Source: a virus (taxonomy: Duplodnaviria; Heunggongvirae; Uroviricota; Caudoviricetes). From it: a DNA stretch of 64,000 bases. Made by a program: the position numbers and the translations under genes. The notes under the pieces are model-generated. The model did not search any database and was not told the DNA's origin. It worked only from the letters and a program-made list of their open reading frames with translations. Below are positions 8,702 to 17,829 of the stretch, one piece after another. Location of the stretch: the IMG/VR virus record IMGVR_UViG_3300022746_000001; one strand, given 5' to 3'. Numbering within the stretch: position 1 is the stretch's first letter; every line of letters starts with the position of its first letter.

Positions 8702-9154
8702 TTAGGCGATTTTTAGGTCGTTTTGAGACGCTGCCAAAGTCGGTGTTTTTTGGCTTTTTTGGAGCTTTTCTAGCTGCTGTTCACAGTAGATTCGGACACC
8801 GTCACGAGCAGCCTGCGGGCTGTGATTTTGAAGTGTGTTGTCGTGGATTTCTTGGATCATCTTCAGCTCCGAGACTTTCATGCCTGTCACGGTTTCGACG
8901 TTACGCTTGCCTAAGAAGTCTTTGGCGACATAGTCGATAGCTGATTCGTTGTAGCCTGCTTCGTCGATTGATTTCAGTTGGGTTTTGCTGAACAGCGAGC
9001 CTACCGCGCAGTTGTTGCCTGAAGCGTATAGGTACTCGCAACCTCCATCTTCCCCTTCTCTCTTAGGGCCAATCTTCTTCAAATTTGCCTGTTGAATGAT
9101 GTGTCGCAGGCTTTCTTCGCGTGTTCGGCATTCGACTCCGTTGATGATTTGCAT
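8702..9154 (-). CDS. hypothetical protein
   Basis: AAGGAG RBS before ATG 9154 (internal M of track ORF). Confidence 0.5.
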   Translation of the reverse strand: MQIINGVECRTREESLRHIIQQANLKKIGPKREGEDGGCEYLYASGNNCAVGSLFSKTQLKSIDEAGYNESAIDYVAKDFLGKRNVETVTGMKVSELKMIQEIHDNTLQNHSPQAARDGVRIYCEQQLEKLQKSQKTPTLAASQNDLKIA

Positions 9155-9177
9155 GATGGGTACTCCTTTGGTGTTAC

Positions 9178-9510
9178 TTAGTTGCCGATTGATTCGTAGT
9201 GCTGGATGAGGTGGTTGAGCCAAGCGTGTCTTGTCGCCTGAATCTTCTTCGGGTCGCGGAAGTTGCCATTTATCATGTAAAGGTCTTCCATACGACAGTG
9301 CTTATTGGCGACTAGCCAATCTTCGAGCGTAGTGTGGCCGTTGAGCAGTTCGGAGATGACATGCTTGGCTGCATAGATTCTGTCGTCATGGAGCGGGTGC
9401 CGAGCGAACAGTCGATTGATGGCGTGACAAACAAACTTTGGCTGATATGGTTGTCCGAAACCATTCCAAAGTTCGTATTTGGCTTCGCGGAAGATTTGAC
9501 TGAGTTTCAT
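9178..9510 (-). CDS. hypothetical protein (paralog of 17391-17729)
   Basis: MKLSQIFR...HAWLNHL...IGN resembles MKLSTIFR...HAWLESL...IGD. Confidence 0.55.
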   Translation of the reverse strand: MKLSQIFREAKYELWNGFGQPYQPKFVCHAINRLFARHPLHDDRIYAAKHVISELLNGHTTLEDWLVANKHCRMEDLYMINGNFRDPKKIQATRHAWLNHLIQHYESIGN

Positions 9511-9968
9511 TCTGCCGCCTCCGTCTTTGCCTTTTGCAGCCAAAAGATCATGGGCTTTGGGTCATACGTTGGCAGCTTCATGCCGTAGGCTATTCGAGTG
9601 AAGCAATGCCAGGGCGACTCCCCTTCATCAGAGCGTTCGGCATCACAGGGGACATTGCCTCGAACCTTATAGAGTGGGCAGGCTTCGCAGAAGACCTCGT
9701 CTCCATCTTCGTTTTCAGTGGTGGCGTCATCCGTATGGTGAAGAAGGCATAGGGCGCAGCTTTCGCTGTAGATGTAGAGATTAGGCGGATCGTATCGGTC
9801 GCCGTCCAAGTCAATTACCATTTGGTCAAGCATCGTGCATCGGTGTTTGGCGAGGTTTTCAGGCAGCAGGCCCAACCACTTCTGTAGGCTGTGGTCGATT
9901 GCGTCCTTTTTGCTTACCTTGCTTGCCTCAATCGGATAGAACTCCGCTTTCCATGTTTCTAAGCTCAT
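9507..9968 (-). CDS. hypothetical Cys-rich protein
   Basis: AAGGAG RBS; CALC...CEAC motifs. Confidence 0.55.
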   Translation of the reverse strand: MSLETWKAEFYPIEASKVSKKDAIDHSLQKWLGLLPENLAKHRCTMLDQMVIDLDGDRYDPPNLYIYSESCALCLLHHTDDATTENEDGDEVFCEACPLYKVRGNVPCDAERSDEGESPWHCFTRIAYGMKLPTYDPKPMIFWLQKAKTEAAE

Positions 9969-9991
9969 GGGGTACTCCTTTGGTATTGCTT

Positions 9992-10210
9992 TTACTCGTC
10001 TGCCGGCGGATTGACGGGGCTACCCATCCAATTCAGCTCTAGCCTGATGTAGTTGTTGAAGTGGGCGCGAACCTCGTCACCCTCCACCCCTGAGAAGAAC
10101 ATGCCTGCAACACCGCCATCCGACACTTCGAGCTTTTGCTGAATTGCGAGACAGGCGGCGTTGAGCGCGTCTTCGGCCAAGTCTTCGATTTCTTTTGCGG
10201 ACAATGTCAT
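9992..10210 (-). CDS. hypothetical protein
   Basis: AGGAG RBS. Confidence 0.45.
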   Translation of the reverse strand: MTLSAKEIEDLAEDALNAACLAIQQKLEVSDGGVAGMFFSGVEGDEVRAHFNNYIRLELNWMGSPVNPPADE

Positions 10211-10213
10211 TCG

Positions 10214-10414
10214 TTACTCCTGTATGTCTTTCACTGATGACTTAGTTTCGCAAGCGAGTGATGGACTTGCAATCGTTCCTATCACTACGCCTGGATATAT
10301 CCCATGACTCTCTGCATGGTGGCGCTTCATGGCGTCCGTGATGAATCCAGGCTGATTGACTTGGTCTGCCCATGATTTGCCATTTCGAATGGCGTTTGGA
10401 TCACACATTCCCAT
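10214..10414 (-). CDS. hypothetical protein
   Basis: GGAGG RBS before internal ATG; overlaps upstream gene stop. Confidence 0.4.
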   Translation of the reverse strand: MGMCDPNAIRNGKSWADQVNQPGFITDAMKRHHAESHGIYPGVVIGTIASPSLACETKSSVKDIQE

Positions 10415-10598
10415 GTCTGCCTCCGCTTGGTGGTAAAGGCACATCGCCTGTCTTCTCACAGTACGTCATGCACGCCTGTTCGCTTTCATGGCGCATGACA
10501 CTCAAATGCCCCTGCGGGTTGTAGCTTGACCACTGAGTTGGATGCGTCAGTGTTGGCAGCGTTTTACCAGCTCGTTCTTGGTGCCAAGTCGTCATCAT
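10401..10598 (-). CDS. hypothetical protein
   Basis: GAGGAGG RBS directly upstream; coupled to flanking genes. Confidence 0.4.
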   Translation of the reverse strand: MMTTWHQERAGKTLPTLTHPTQWSSYNPQGHLSVMRHESEQACMTYCEKTGDVPLPPSGGRHGNV

Positions 10599-10954
10599 CC
10601 CCTCCTCATGCGCGCCATTTCGGTCGCTTCTTCAGTGCTGAACACAGGCACGGCATTGCTCTTGTGGAGTGTGCCAATGCCGATCATCTTGGTTCCTGTG
10701 TAGCGTCGGCCAATCACAGGTTTAGTACCGCCTGTAGCGCCGGTGTCCAATGACTTGAACTCATGTCCTGTACTGCGCCCAGGCGGTGTCGTGAGCTTTG
10801 GCAGTGCGCTTGTAACATTGGCCTTGCATGTAACATCGCCAATGTTAGAACGTGAAAACTTTGGGACACTCGCCCATTTGCGTTGTAAAGCATCGAACGC
10901 TTCCATCGCCTCGCGTTCAGCTTTGGTTGGGTTGCGGCGCTTTTTCATGCTCAA
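10595..10954 (-). CDS. hypothetical protein
   Basis: GGAG RBS. Confidence 0.5.
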   Translation of the reverse strand: MSMKKRRNPTKAEREAMEAFDALQRKWASVPKFSRSNIGDVTCKANVTSALPKLTTPPGRSTGHEFKSLDTGATGGTKPVIGRRYTGTKMIGIGTLHKSNAVPVFSTEEATEMARMRRG

Positions 10955-11295
10955 TACTCCGAAGGCAGAAGCAGCACGGCGTCAATGAGGTAGAAACTCC
11001 AAACGCCTTCTGGACAATCGGTAAAGTCGATTTTCTTTTCCCAAGACGTGTTGCCGTTTCCATCTTCGACCACAATGGTCGCCTTACCGTCTTTGGAGAC
11101 CAGCTTCACTGCTGCGAACTCATGACCTTGAGGCATGACCTCGGTGCCGACAATATCCAGAAACCAGTACGCTCCAGCGTTCTGTGCAAAATACCGCACG
11201 CCATCGGTGTATGTCATGGCGGTGATATTGTGCTTCCACCACTGTTCGGTGCCTGTGAAGTGTGCGAGTCCAGATTTAAGTTCTTGGGTGTTCAT
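10951..11295 (-). CDS. hypothetical protein
   Basis: RBS AAAGGATGAGCA; palindromic motif upstream. Confidence 0.55.
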   Translation of the reverse strand: MNTQELKSGLAHFTGTEQWWKHNITAMTYTDGVRYFAQNAGAYWFLDIVGTEVMPQGHEFAAVKLVSKDGKATIVVEDGNGNTSWEKKIDFTDCPEGVWSFYLIDAVLLLPSEY

Positions 11296-11379
11296 TGCTC
11301 ATCCTTTTGGTTTGTTTGCTGACAATTCAATTGTGACCATCGACTTATGGACAAACCAGCGAATTGGTTGGCGACTTAA

Positions 11380-11577
11380 TCAACTCTGACGAAGTGTCCA
11401 CTCTGGGTAGTCGAGTCGTTGGCGGGTGTGGCCTTGCTTCACCAACTTCCAATCATCGAAGGAGTCACACTCAGCTTCTGAGAGCGGAATGCCGGCCTGC
11501 GCTAAGAATCCACCATAGTCACGGAGTTGATCGGCGCGTTCTTTAAGCGCCTGATTGATTGCGTCTGCGTAACTCAT
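11380..11577 (-). CDS. hypothetical protein
   Basis: GGAG RBS. Confidence 0.45.
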   Translation of the reverse strand: MSYADAINQALKERADQLRDYGGFLAQAGIPLSEAECDSFDDWKLVKQGHTRQRLDYPEWTLRQS

Positions 11578-11580
11578 GGC

Positions 11581-11931
11581 TTACTCCACAATGATGAAGT
11601 GTCCATCTGGGTAGTTGGACATGAAGAAGTTCTCACCCTGAAGCAGCCAGTTGCCATTCTCTTTCTTGGACAGACACAGGTTCTTCTCGCGTCCGGTGTA
11701 CCACTCGCTTTTGAGGCGCTTGGTCACTTGCTCCCTGACGTTCTCAAACGTGACGCCATGCTTATTCATGTAGAAGGGAGCGATCGCCTTAGCGAACTTC
11801 TCAGCCAACTCGTTGAACCGATTGTCCGTAAGGTAGCCCTCGTAGGGCACGATGAAATACTTTTGGTCTTCAGGCTTAATGCCGGTTCGCAGCAGCGTGG
11901 TCAATGCCTTTGGAAAGATGCGCTCAGTCAT
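11581..11931 (-). CDS. hypothetical protein
   Basis: GAGGAGAACGACA RBS. Confidence 0.55.
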   Translation of the reverse strand: MTERIFPKALTTLLRTGIKPEDQKYFIVPYEGYLTDNRFNELAEKFAKAIAPFYMNKHGVTFENVREQVTKRLKSEWYTGREKNLCLSKKENGNWLLQGENFFMSNYPDGHFIIVE

Positions 11932-12103
11932 TGTCGTTCTCCTCGTCGTCCGTTTCGATGAATCCTTCTGTCTCTGCCATGTCTGTCACCTCGTCCTCAC
12001 TCATGTAGTCAAGGCAGCGTTCGGCGAGAGTTTTAGGGTCAAGAGTCCCCTGCTCCATCATGTCGAGCAGCTTGCAAGTGTTGGGTCTGGCTTTGCGTGT
12101 CAT
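11924..12103 (-). CDS. small acidic protein (about 59 aa)
   Basis: GGAGATAGAGGT RBS; ATGA/TGA overlaps with neighbours; below track cutoff. Confidence 0.35.
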   Translation of the reverse strand: MTRKARPNTCKLLDMMEQGTLDPKTLAERCLDYMSEDEVTDMAETEGFIETDDEENDND

Positions 12104-12285
12104 ACCTCTATCTCCTCTTCCACAATGGTGACTTGCGCCGAAGTACCTTGGTTGTCCAATGTGCGCTCAAGGTGGCGCTTGAAGTCTTCCATCCACCCGT
12201 CAGGCGTATCCATCGGATGCGCGCAAAGTGGCATGTCCAGCAAGTCGATTCGGATGTGTTTCACTGTTATCTTTGACATAGTCAC
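12100..12285 (-). CDS. hypothetical protein
   Basis: GAGAGGTG RBS. Confidence 0.45.
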   Translation of the reverse strand: MTMSKITVKHIRIDLLDMPLCAHPMDTPDGWMEDFKRHLERTLDNQGTSAQVTIVEEEIEV

Positions 12286-12288
12286 CTC

Positions 12289-12498
12289 TCAAATAGGGTT
12301 AGCGCTGTCGAGCTTGGCGTAGATTGCTTGGAGGTCAGCGCGGTACGCTTCATCAGCCCTGCGTACAGAACCAGCCATAATTCCGTGAAGCCCTGCGTAA
12401 TCGTTGCCGGCAATGAATTGATCCAGCTCCGTGATACGGTTGGATAGCAAGACTTGCAGGATGCGAATCTCAAATGTCTGTAGGGAGACTTCGTTCAT
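12289..12498 (-). CDS. hypothetical protein
   Basis: internal ATG with GAAAGG RBS; track N-terminal extension covers promoter-like motif. Confidence 0.4.
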   Translation of the reverse strand: MNEVSLQTFEIRILQVLLSNRITELDQFIAGNDYAGLHGIMAGSVRRADEAYRADLQAIYAKLDSANPI

Positions 12499-12574
12499 CT
12501 TTCGCCTTTCGGTGCGTTGTTTCGATATATGTATTGTCACAACTGACTTATGGACAAACAACGCAAAACACAGG

Positions 12575-13279
12575 CTAGTACGCTTCTTCCGGCCACATCT
12601 CCTCAAGCGTTCTGTGGTTGATAGTTGGGATGGCTCTGCCTCTGGAAACCTTCACTCGAATCTGTAGCTCCTCACCCTCTTGCGCGTACTTAGTGAGCTT
12701 CTCCACCTTGTCTCGAATCTGGGTGAAGCAATCAGCCAAGTCATAGACTGAGGCGTCACGATAGCGGCGCTTGGCTCTCCAGTAGCCTTGCCTAATCCAC
12801 TGCTTGATTCGATCCGAGAGATAGACGTTGGCGGCTTTAAATTCGGCATACGACTCCTCTGGGTCGTACTCAAACTCGCTTCCAATCAGCCTCTTGGTTT
12901 CTACGGCGATTTCATGCAGGTCATGCTCCAGCGTCTCGTCAAGATGCCTGGGTCGGCCTTTTACTGGTTTCAGCCCCTCACCATCATTGAGCCAACGCTC
13001 ATAGATGAAGCGCGCCAAATCGGACGCCATGTTCCGAGCAGGTGTACCGTAATTGCCATTCGAGTAAAACCAGCCTGACTCCACTCGAATGTAGAGCATC
13101 GAACCGAACGCGAGGAACTCCTCCTCAAGCGTCCCTGCTGCGATGTTGAAATGCTCCATAGAGTCGTGCGCAACTCCAAGACCACTCATTGCGTCAAACT
13201 CAGGCTGTATCTTAGGAATCCAGCCCTCACTGCCGTTGTTGTCTATGCCGTAGGCGAAATCAAGCTGTACTAGACTCAT
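12575..13279 (-). CDS. hypothetical protein
   Basis: GGAGAAAGCCA RBS before ATG 13279. Confidence 0.55.
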   Translation of the reverse strand: MSLVQLDFAYGIDNNGSEGWIPKIQPEFDAMSGLGVAHDSMEHFNIAAGTLEEEFLAFGSMLYIRVESGWFYSNGNYGTPARNMASDLARFIYERWLNDGEGLKPVKGRPRHLDETLEHDLHEIAVETKRLIGSEFEYDPEESYAEFKAANVYLSDRIKQWIRQGYWRAKRRYRDASVYDLADCFTQIRDKVEKLTKYAQEGEELQIRVKVSRGRAIPTINHRTLEEMWPEEAY

Positions 13280-13676
13280 TGGCTTTCTCCGCTTCCAAAC
13301 GCTTGCGTCTTGCGGTGCGCGTCTGTTCTGCTGTTGCGGCGTCGAGACCTGTGGCACCGAGATACATCGCCAACTCTTTCCGACCTTCATAGATGGCGAC
13401 GTAGTCACCCTGAATCAGAAGCAGGCGCTGCGGTTCACCCTTGATGGCGCGTGGCAGCTCTGGGTTTTTCCGAGCGAAGTTGAGCGCGTCATTCCAAACA
13501 CAGTACGCATCCATGATGGACGTGTACTCGCCCATAGATAGGTTGCCCTCCAACGTCGAGTGGTCTTCGTCGTAGTGCTTCAGGAAGTAGCGGACAGAGT
13601 CGTCGGTGGCGTCGGCAACTGAATTGCCATACGACTGAACGAACGCCTCATCCGATGCGGTGATTTCTCTAGTCAT
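13260..13676 (-). CDS. hypothetical protein
   Basis: AAGAAGGG RBS. Confidence 0.5.
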   Translation of the reverse strand: MTREITASDEAFVQSYGNSVADATDDSVRYFLKHYDEDHSTLEGNLSMGEYTSIMDAYCVWNDALNFARKNPELPRAIKGEPQRLLLIQGDYVAIYEGRKELAMYLGATGLDAATAEQTRTARRKRLEAEKANESSTA

Positions 13677-13933
13677 TGGAATAGCCCTTCTTGGTTCTTA
13701 CCAGCTTGGTCGCCGTTCCTGGCGGCTTTGACCCAATCCGATGCTTCAGGTAGTTCGTCCTCTTCAAAGCTGTCCACGTATGCCGCGAGGCACTTGGGAC
13801 AAACCTTGGCGCGGAACTCTGGGTTGTCTAGTGGCGCGTAAATCATGTGAACGCCTTCATCGTGAGGCTCTTTGACTGCGCCGCAGATGGGTGTGCCTGC
13901 ATAAACGCCTGTCATGGTGAGGTGCATGGTCAT
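13673..13933 (-). CDS. small zinc-finger protein
   Basis: AGGAGG RBS; C...CPKC. Confidence 0.5.
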   Translation of the reverse strand: MTMHLTMTGVYAGTPICGAVKEPHDEGVHMIYAPLDNPEFRAKVCPKCLAAYVDSFEEDELPEASDWVKAARNGDQAGKNQEGLFQ

Positions 13934-14163
13934 ACAAGTGCCTCCTGTTGAAGTTGAACGGTGTTCGTGAAAAGGACTTCGTAGCTCCAGTGGCGGGGCT
14001 GCTGTCGGTTCCAGCGCTCGACTACTCTTGCCACAGCTTTCAGCATCTCCTTGACACTCATGTCGTTGATGCCTGGCACTTGAGTTGAATTGAACTCCTC
14101 CTCATAGGTCTGCCCTGTGCGAAGGTTGCGGCGTCGATACCGAAGGTTCAGAGGATTTGCCAT
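13930..14163 (-). CDS. hypothetical protein
   Basis: AGGAGAG RBS. Confidence 0.45.
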   Translation of the reverse strand: MANPLNLRYRRRNLRTGQTYEEEFNSTQVPGINDMSVKEMLKAVARVVERWNRQQPRHWSYEVLFTNTVQLQQEALV

Positions 14164-14453
14164 TTGGTCTCTCCTGTTTTGCGATACTGAAACTCAGTTG
14201 CGCCCGCTTCGTCGGTTGCCCAATCAAGCGCTTCGAAGGCGGCAAGCTCGTCAGCGATAGCTAAGTCGCCACATTTACCGCCATACAAAAGGTTGTCGTC
14301 GTCGTCCAAAATCTTGAACTCGTAAGGCAATGCGGCCGCCAGCTCGTCAAGCTCTTTGATGCGGGGGAATTTCGTACAGTTGTGGAAACTGCCCTCGTAC
14401 CTGCCTGTGAATTGCTTTTGGTGGTCGGGGTCATTTGTGATGATCCAATCCAT
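14148..14453 (-). CDS. hypothetical protein
   Basis: AAGGAG RBS; palindromic motif upstream. Confidence 0.5.
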   Translation of the reverse strand: MDWIITNDPDHQKQFTGRYEGSFHNCTKFPRIKELDELAAALPYEFKILDDDDNLLYGGKCGDLAIADELAAFEALDWATDEAGATEFQYRKTGETKWQIL

Positions 14454-14547
14454 TGCTCACTCCTTGCCTTGTTGTTTCGATAGTTCTATTGTCACGACCG
14501 AACATTGGATAAACAACGTCAGTCGTGACTTACCCTGCAAGATCGCC

Positions 14548-15240
14548 TTAACGAGCGTCGAGTTCGGCAACAATCGACGCCAGGGCTTCTTGGAGCTTCG
14601 CGATGTTGGCCGCAATCTTGGTGGATTTGGTCTTCACAGCCTTGAGGTCTGCAATCTGCTCCTCAACACGCTTGATGGCGCTGATGAGGGCTTCTTCGGT
14701 CATATTCTTCACATCGTTGCCGAAGATGTAGGACTTGGTTTCGAAGGCAGGTGCCAGTGTCGCGGTTGCGCAGGGGGATTTTGCGTAGTTGTCGTTCATG
14801 GTGTCTTCTCCTAAAGGTTGCAAAGTGCAAGGTTGGGGGTCGCCGAGAACTATCTCGACACACGGATTTGTTTTGGCAGGCTGATATACATTTGCCTTCT
14901 GCACGCCTCGCGGGGTTAGCGCGTAGCCTGCTTCGTTGAGTCGATCCAACTGATAGCCAAACTCAGCCCGATCGTTGCTAGTGGTGAACTGGTAGGGTGT
15001 GCCGAGCAGTCGGTTCCACATTTCAAGGTAAAGGAACGACCATTCAATACCTGAGAGAGCGCCAGCACTTGACTCGCCAAGTAGTAAGCGAATTGGATGG
15101 ATGTGTCTTCCAACCAAGCGCCTGAATTGTGAGAAGTTGCCTCGCTCGACTTCGTGTTTGGCTTTGAGTACGAACGCTTGATCGTTCTCCAAGCCCCACA
15201 CGTACTGAACGGTCATGTGGTCTAGTCTTTCGGGTGTCAT
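14548..15240 (-). CDS. hypothetical protein; possible second product from internal start at 14799 (coiled-coil C-terminal 83 aa)
   Basis: AAGGAG RBS at 5' end; strong AGGAGAAGACACC RBS + in-frame ATG at 14799. Confidence 0.45.
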   Translation of the reverse strand: MTPERLDHMTVQYVWGLENDQAFVLKAKHEVERGNFSQFRRLVGRHIHPIRLLLGESSAGALSGIEWSFLYLEMWNRLLGTPYQFTTSNDRAEFGYQLDRLNEAGYALTPRGVQKANVYQPAKTNPCVEIVLGDPQPCTLQPLGEDTMNDNYAKSPCATATLAPAFETKSYIFGNDVKNMTEEALISAIKRVEEQIADLKAVKTKSTKIAANIAKLQEALASIVAELDAR

Positions 15241-15341
15241 TTCATGGGTACTCCTTTACCGCTTTGCTTGCTGAAGTCTTTATTGTGCAGAGCGAGTACA
15301 GGACAAACCAGCGTTCCAGCCAGTTGCCCTGTAATGTCGCC

Positions 15342-16061
15342 TTAGTCTTCGGAGTCCTCGTCTTCATCGTCGTGGATGAAGGTAATCACCGCCTCGATGA
15401 CTTCACCCAGGCTGTTGCGGCGGAAGTAGCAGTTGTAGCTGCCATCGCCGTAACCCGAACTAGACGCTACGCCAAACTCGACAACGCCAAAGCTCTTGTC
15501 ATCCAGCGTGAGGTCGCACACCCTGCCATAGAAGTCTTCAAACGAAGAGTCCTGCGAGTCTCGTCGTGATCGGCTGTCATCTTTGTCCGAGACTGCCGCT
15601 GCGTACTTGAACACGTCAAAGAAGCCTGCTTGACCTGAGTCCACACCAACATCAATGTCGGACAGTTCCCAGTTGAAGTTCAGAGTCTCGGCGTGGTCGA
15701 ACTCCTTTTCGAAGCCTTGAGCAACGATGTGAATGTAGGCAACGCGACCGATGTACTTGGCGGATTCTGCATCATATCGAGCAATGTCAGAGGCGTGCAT
15801 TGCCGCCCACACTTCATCACCCCTCGCTTTCGCCTGCTCCATCTTGTCAACGTGTTCCTGGCGCCACTTGGCGCTCATCTCCATGTCGAGCGAGTCCTTG
15901 TGATAGCCGACGTGAGCATCCCAAGTGCCATTGCGAACATTGTCTAAGGTGCCTGCGCACCACGTATCCATGCTGTAGCAGGGGTCGGTGACACGCAGAG
16001 CATTGGACGTGACGTTGAATGTCTCAACTGCGGAGACTGAATCAATATTGGCTACTTTCAT
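15342..16061 (-). CDS. hypothetical acidic protein
   Basis: starts 2 nt after upstream stop; C-terminal DDEDEDSED. Confidence 0.55.
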   Translation of the reverse strand: MKVANIDSVSAVETFNVTSNALRVTDPCYSMDTWCAGTLDNVRNGTWDAHVGYHKDSLDMEMSAKWRQEHVDKMEQAKARGDEVWAAMHASDIARYDAESAKYIGRVAYIHIVAQGFEKEFDHAETLNFNWELSDIDVGVDSGQAGFFDVFKYAAAVSDKDDSRSRRDSQDSSFEDFYGRVCDLTLDDKSFGVVEFGVASSSGYGDGSYNCYFRRNSLGEVIEAVITFIHDDEDEDSED

Positions 16062-16063
16062 AC

Positions 16064-16480
16064 TTACCACCATGAATCGTAGGCAACAGCGCCACCATCA
16101 GCGATGACTGCGCGAGACTTGGCGACAAAGTCCAAGATGCACTGTTGATCGTCGGCGTCCAAGATTTCTTCGCTACCGAAGAAGAAGCCGGAGGTGGGTT
16201 CGAGGTTATCTCCCGCTTTCGCGTCACGCTCCAAAGCATCGAGGTCGTCAAGCGTCAGGCGAACCGTGTTGCAGTTGAATTTTTCGTCCCTGCCACCCTT
16301 ATCGGTATACAGGCGAGCCATCCAACCATGCAGGTTGTTGAACTTGCGCCAGTAGGCAAAGTCGGTGTCCACACCCTCGTTAGCTTTGCCGTCAGTGAAT
16401 AGCTTTTCTTGAAAGTCCACCTGATCGTCGTCATTCAAGATGCCTGCTTTCATAGCGTAGGCGTACATATCGAGTCCCAT
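16064..16480 (-). CDS. hypothetical acidic protein
   Basis: GGAGAG RBS; ends DSWW. Confidence 0.55.
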   Translation of the reverse strand: MGLDMYAYAMKAGILNDDDQVDFQEKLFTDGKANEGVDTDFAYWRKFNNLHGWMARLYTDKGGRDEKFNCNTVRLTLDDLDALERDAKAGDNLEPTSGFFFGSEEILDADDQQCILDFVAKSRAVIADGGAVAYDSWW

Positions 16481-16744
16481 ATTTGCTCTCCGTTTGCTGT
16501 CAAAATCGACAATTGAAGTATTTCAAGCCAGTCTAGGACTAGCAAGTCACTTGTGACTTATCCCTACTATATCGCCTGTTTCCTTGTTTGAACGGGGACG
16601 AAGCGATTAGAGCGTGCCTCCGGTGCGGTTGATACCGAGGTAGCACCTTGTCATGGAAACACAAGGCCAACGTGTTTAAAGTGGTCGCAAACCAGCGCCT
16701 GCTGGCTCGTGTATGTGCGTTTGTATAGCGTCAGGAACCACAGA

Positions 16745-16774
16745 ACAAAAAAGGAGAGACGCACAGGTCTCTCC
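16745..16774 (-). terminator. strong rho-independent terminator
   Basis: GGAGAGAC-GCACAG-GTCTCTCC then TTTTTTGTT on minus strand. Confidence 0.7.
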
Positions 16775-16808
16775 AAAGGGGTCTTTCGACCCTGAGCAAA
16801 ATCTTCAA

Positions 16809-17195
16809 TTACCAGGCGTCGTCGCCATAAGCAGCTACAGGCTTGTCGTTCTCGGCCAGCTTCTTAGCATGAGCTTCCTGAGCAGCGCGATTCTTAGCCA
16901 TAGTCCTGAGTTCGTATTCTTTCTCGATGACGGGGTTCAGCGACCCTGGGGAAACCTTCCAACGTGTCGGTAGTTCCGAATAATTGTCGGGGTTCACCTC
17001 TTGTCCACTAATGGTCTTCGGGTTCACGCGCTTGATGCGGATGTATCGCTTGTCACCCTTAGCGTCCAAAAACCACGCAATGCGCCCTGTGAACAAAGCC
17101 CCTGCCGAACGCTTCTTGAGAACTGCCATACACTCATCACGCATCGCCTGAAGCGTCTCGGTACTAAGTGTTTCCAGCTTACTCAAATCCATCAC
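16809..17195 (-). CDS. hypothetical protein
   Basis: AGGAGAGTGAGTG RBS; ends DDAW; followed by strong terminator. Confidence 0.55.
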   Translation of the reverse strand: MMDLSKLETLSTETLQAMRDECMAVLKKRSAGALFTGRIAWFLDAKGDKRYIRIKRVNPKTISGQEVNPDNYSELPTRWKVSPGSLNPVIEKEYELRTMAKNRAAQEAHAKKLAENDKPVAAYGDDAW

Positions 17196-17203
17196 TCACT
17201 CTC

Positions 17204-17389
17204 CTATTCAATGACCCGCATAACGCGCAGCCAGGTTTTAAAATCGTTTTGCTTCCACTGCCCTGTCTTGATCCACTCATAGACCTTCTCTACCGGAATG
17301 CTGGCGATTTGGTCGTCCGTGATAAGCCCTTTGTGCTTGATGTGGCTTGCTTTGATATGAATGATGGCGCCCTGAACGTGTTCACTCAT
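17204..17389 (-). CDS. small hypothetical protein (61 aa)
   Basis: internal ATG after upstream stop (TGATATGA). Confidence 0.35.
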   Translation of the reverse strand: MSEHVQGAIIHIKASHIKHKGLITDDQIASIPVEKVYEWIKTGQWKQNDFKTWLRVMRVIE

Positions 17390-17390
17390 A

Positions 17391-17729
17391 TCAATCCCCA
17401 ATAGCCGCGAACTCAGTCTCCAAAGACTCAAGCCATGCGTGACGGTAGTCTTGGAGCTTCTTCTTGTGCTCCGGTGTGTAGTTGCGAAACTCAAACTCCG
17501 TGATGTGTCCATTGCGCAACAACCAACCCTCCACACTGAACGCGCCCTCAATGCGCGTCTCGATGATGTTCCTGGAACGCTCGGCGTCAGCCTCTTCAAT
17601 CACGTTGTCGAAATTCAACAGCGCCTTGATGTTGTCGCAGATGTAGGGTGAACCTTCCAAGTCAAACTTGGTGCTGCCACCTGCCTGCATACGCTCACGA
17701 GTGAGGCGAAAAATTGTGCTTAACTTCAT
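17391..17729 (-). CDS. hypothetical protein (paralog of 9178-9510)
   Basis: AGGAG RBS; shared N- and C-terminal motifs with 9178-9510. Confidence 0.55.
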   Translation of the reverse strand: MKLSTIFRLTRERMQAGGSTKFDLEGSPYICDNIKALLNFDNVIEEADAERSRNIIETRIEGAFSVEGWLLRNGHITEFEFRNYTPEHKKKLQDYRHAWLESLETEFAAIGD

Positions 17730-17829
17730 TTACTGCTCCTGTGTTGCTTACCACTCACCGGAAGGTTCCATTTAGTGAAACCTTTTGGTGAGTGAAGGGG
17801 CAAAAGCCCCTTCGCTTTCTCACCCATGA

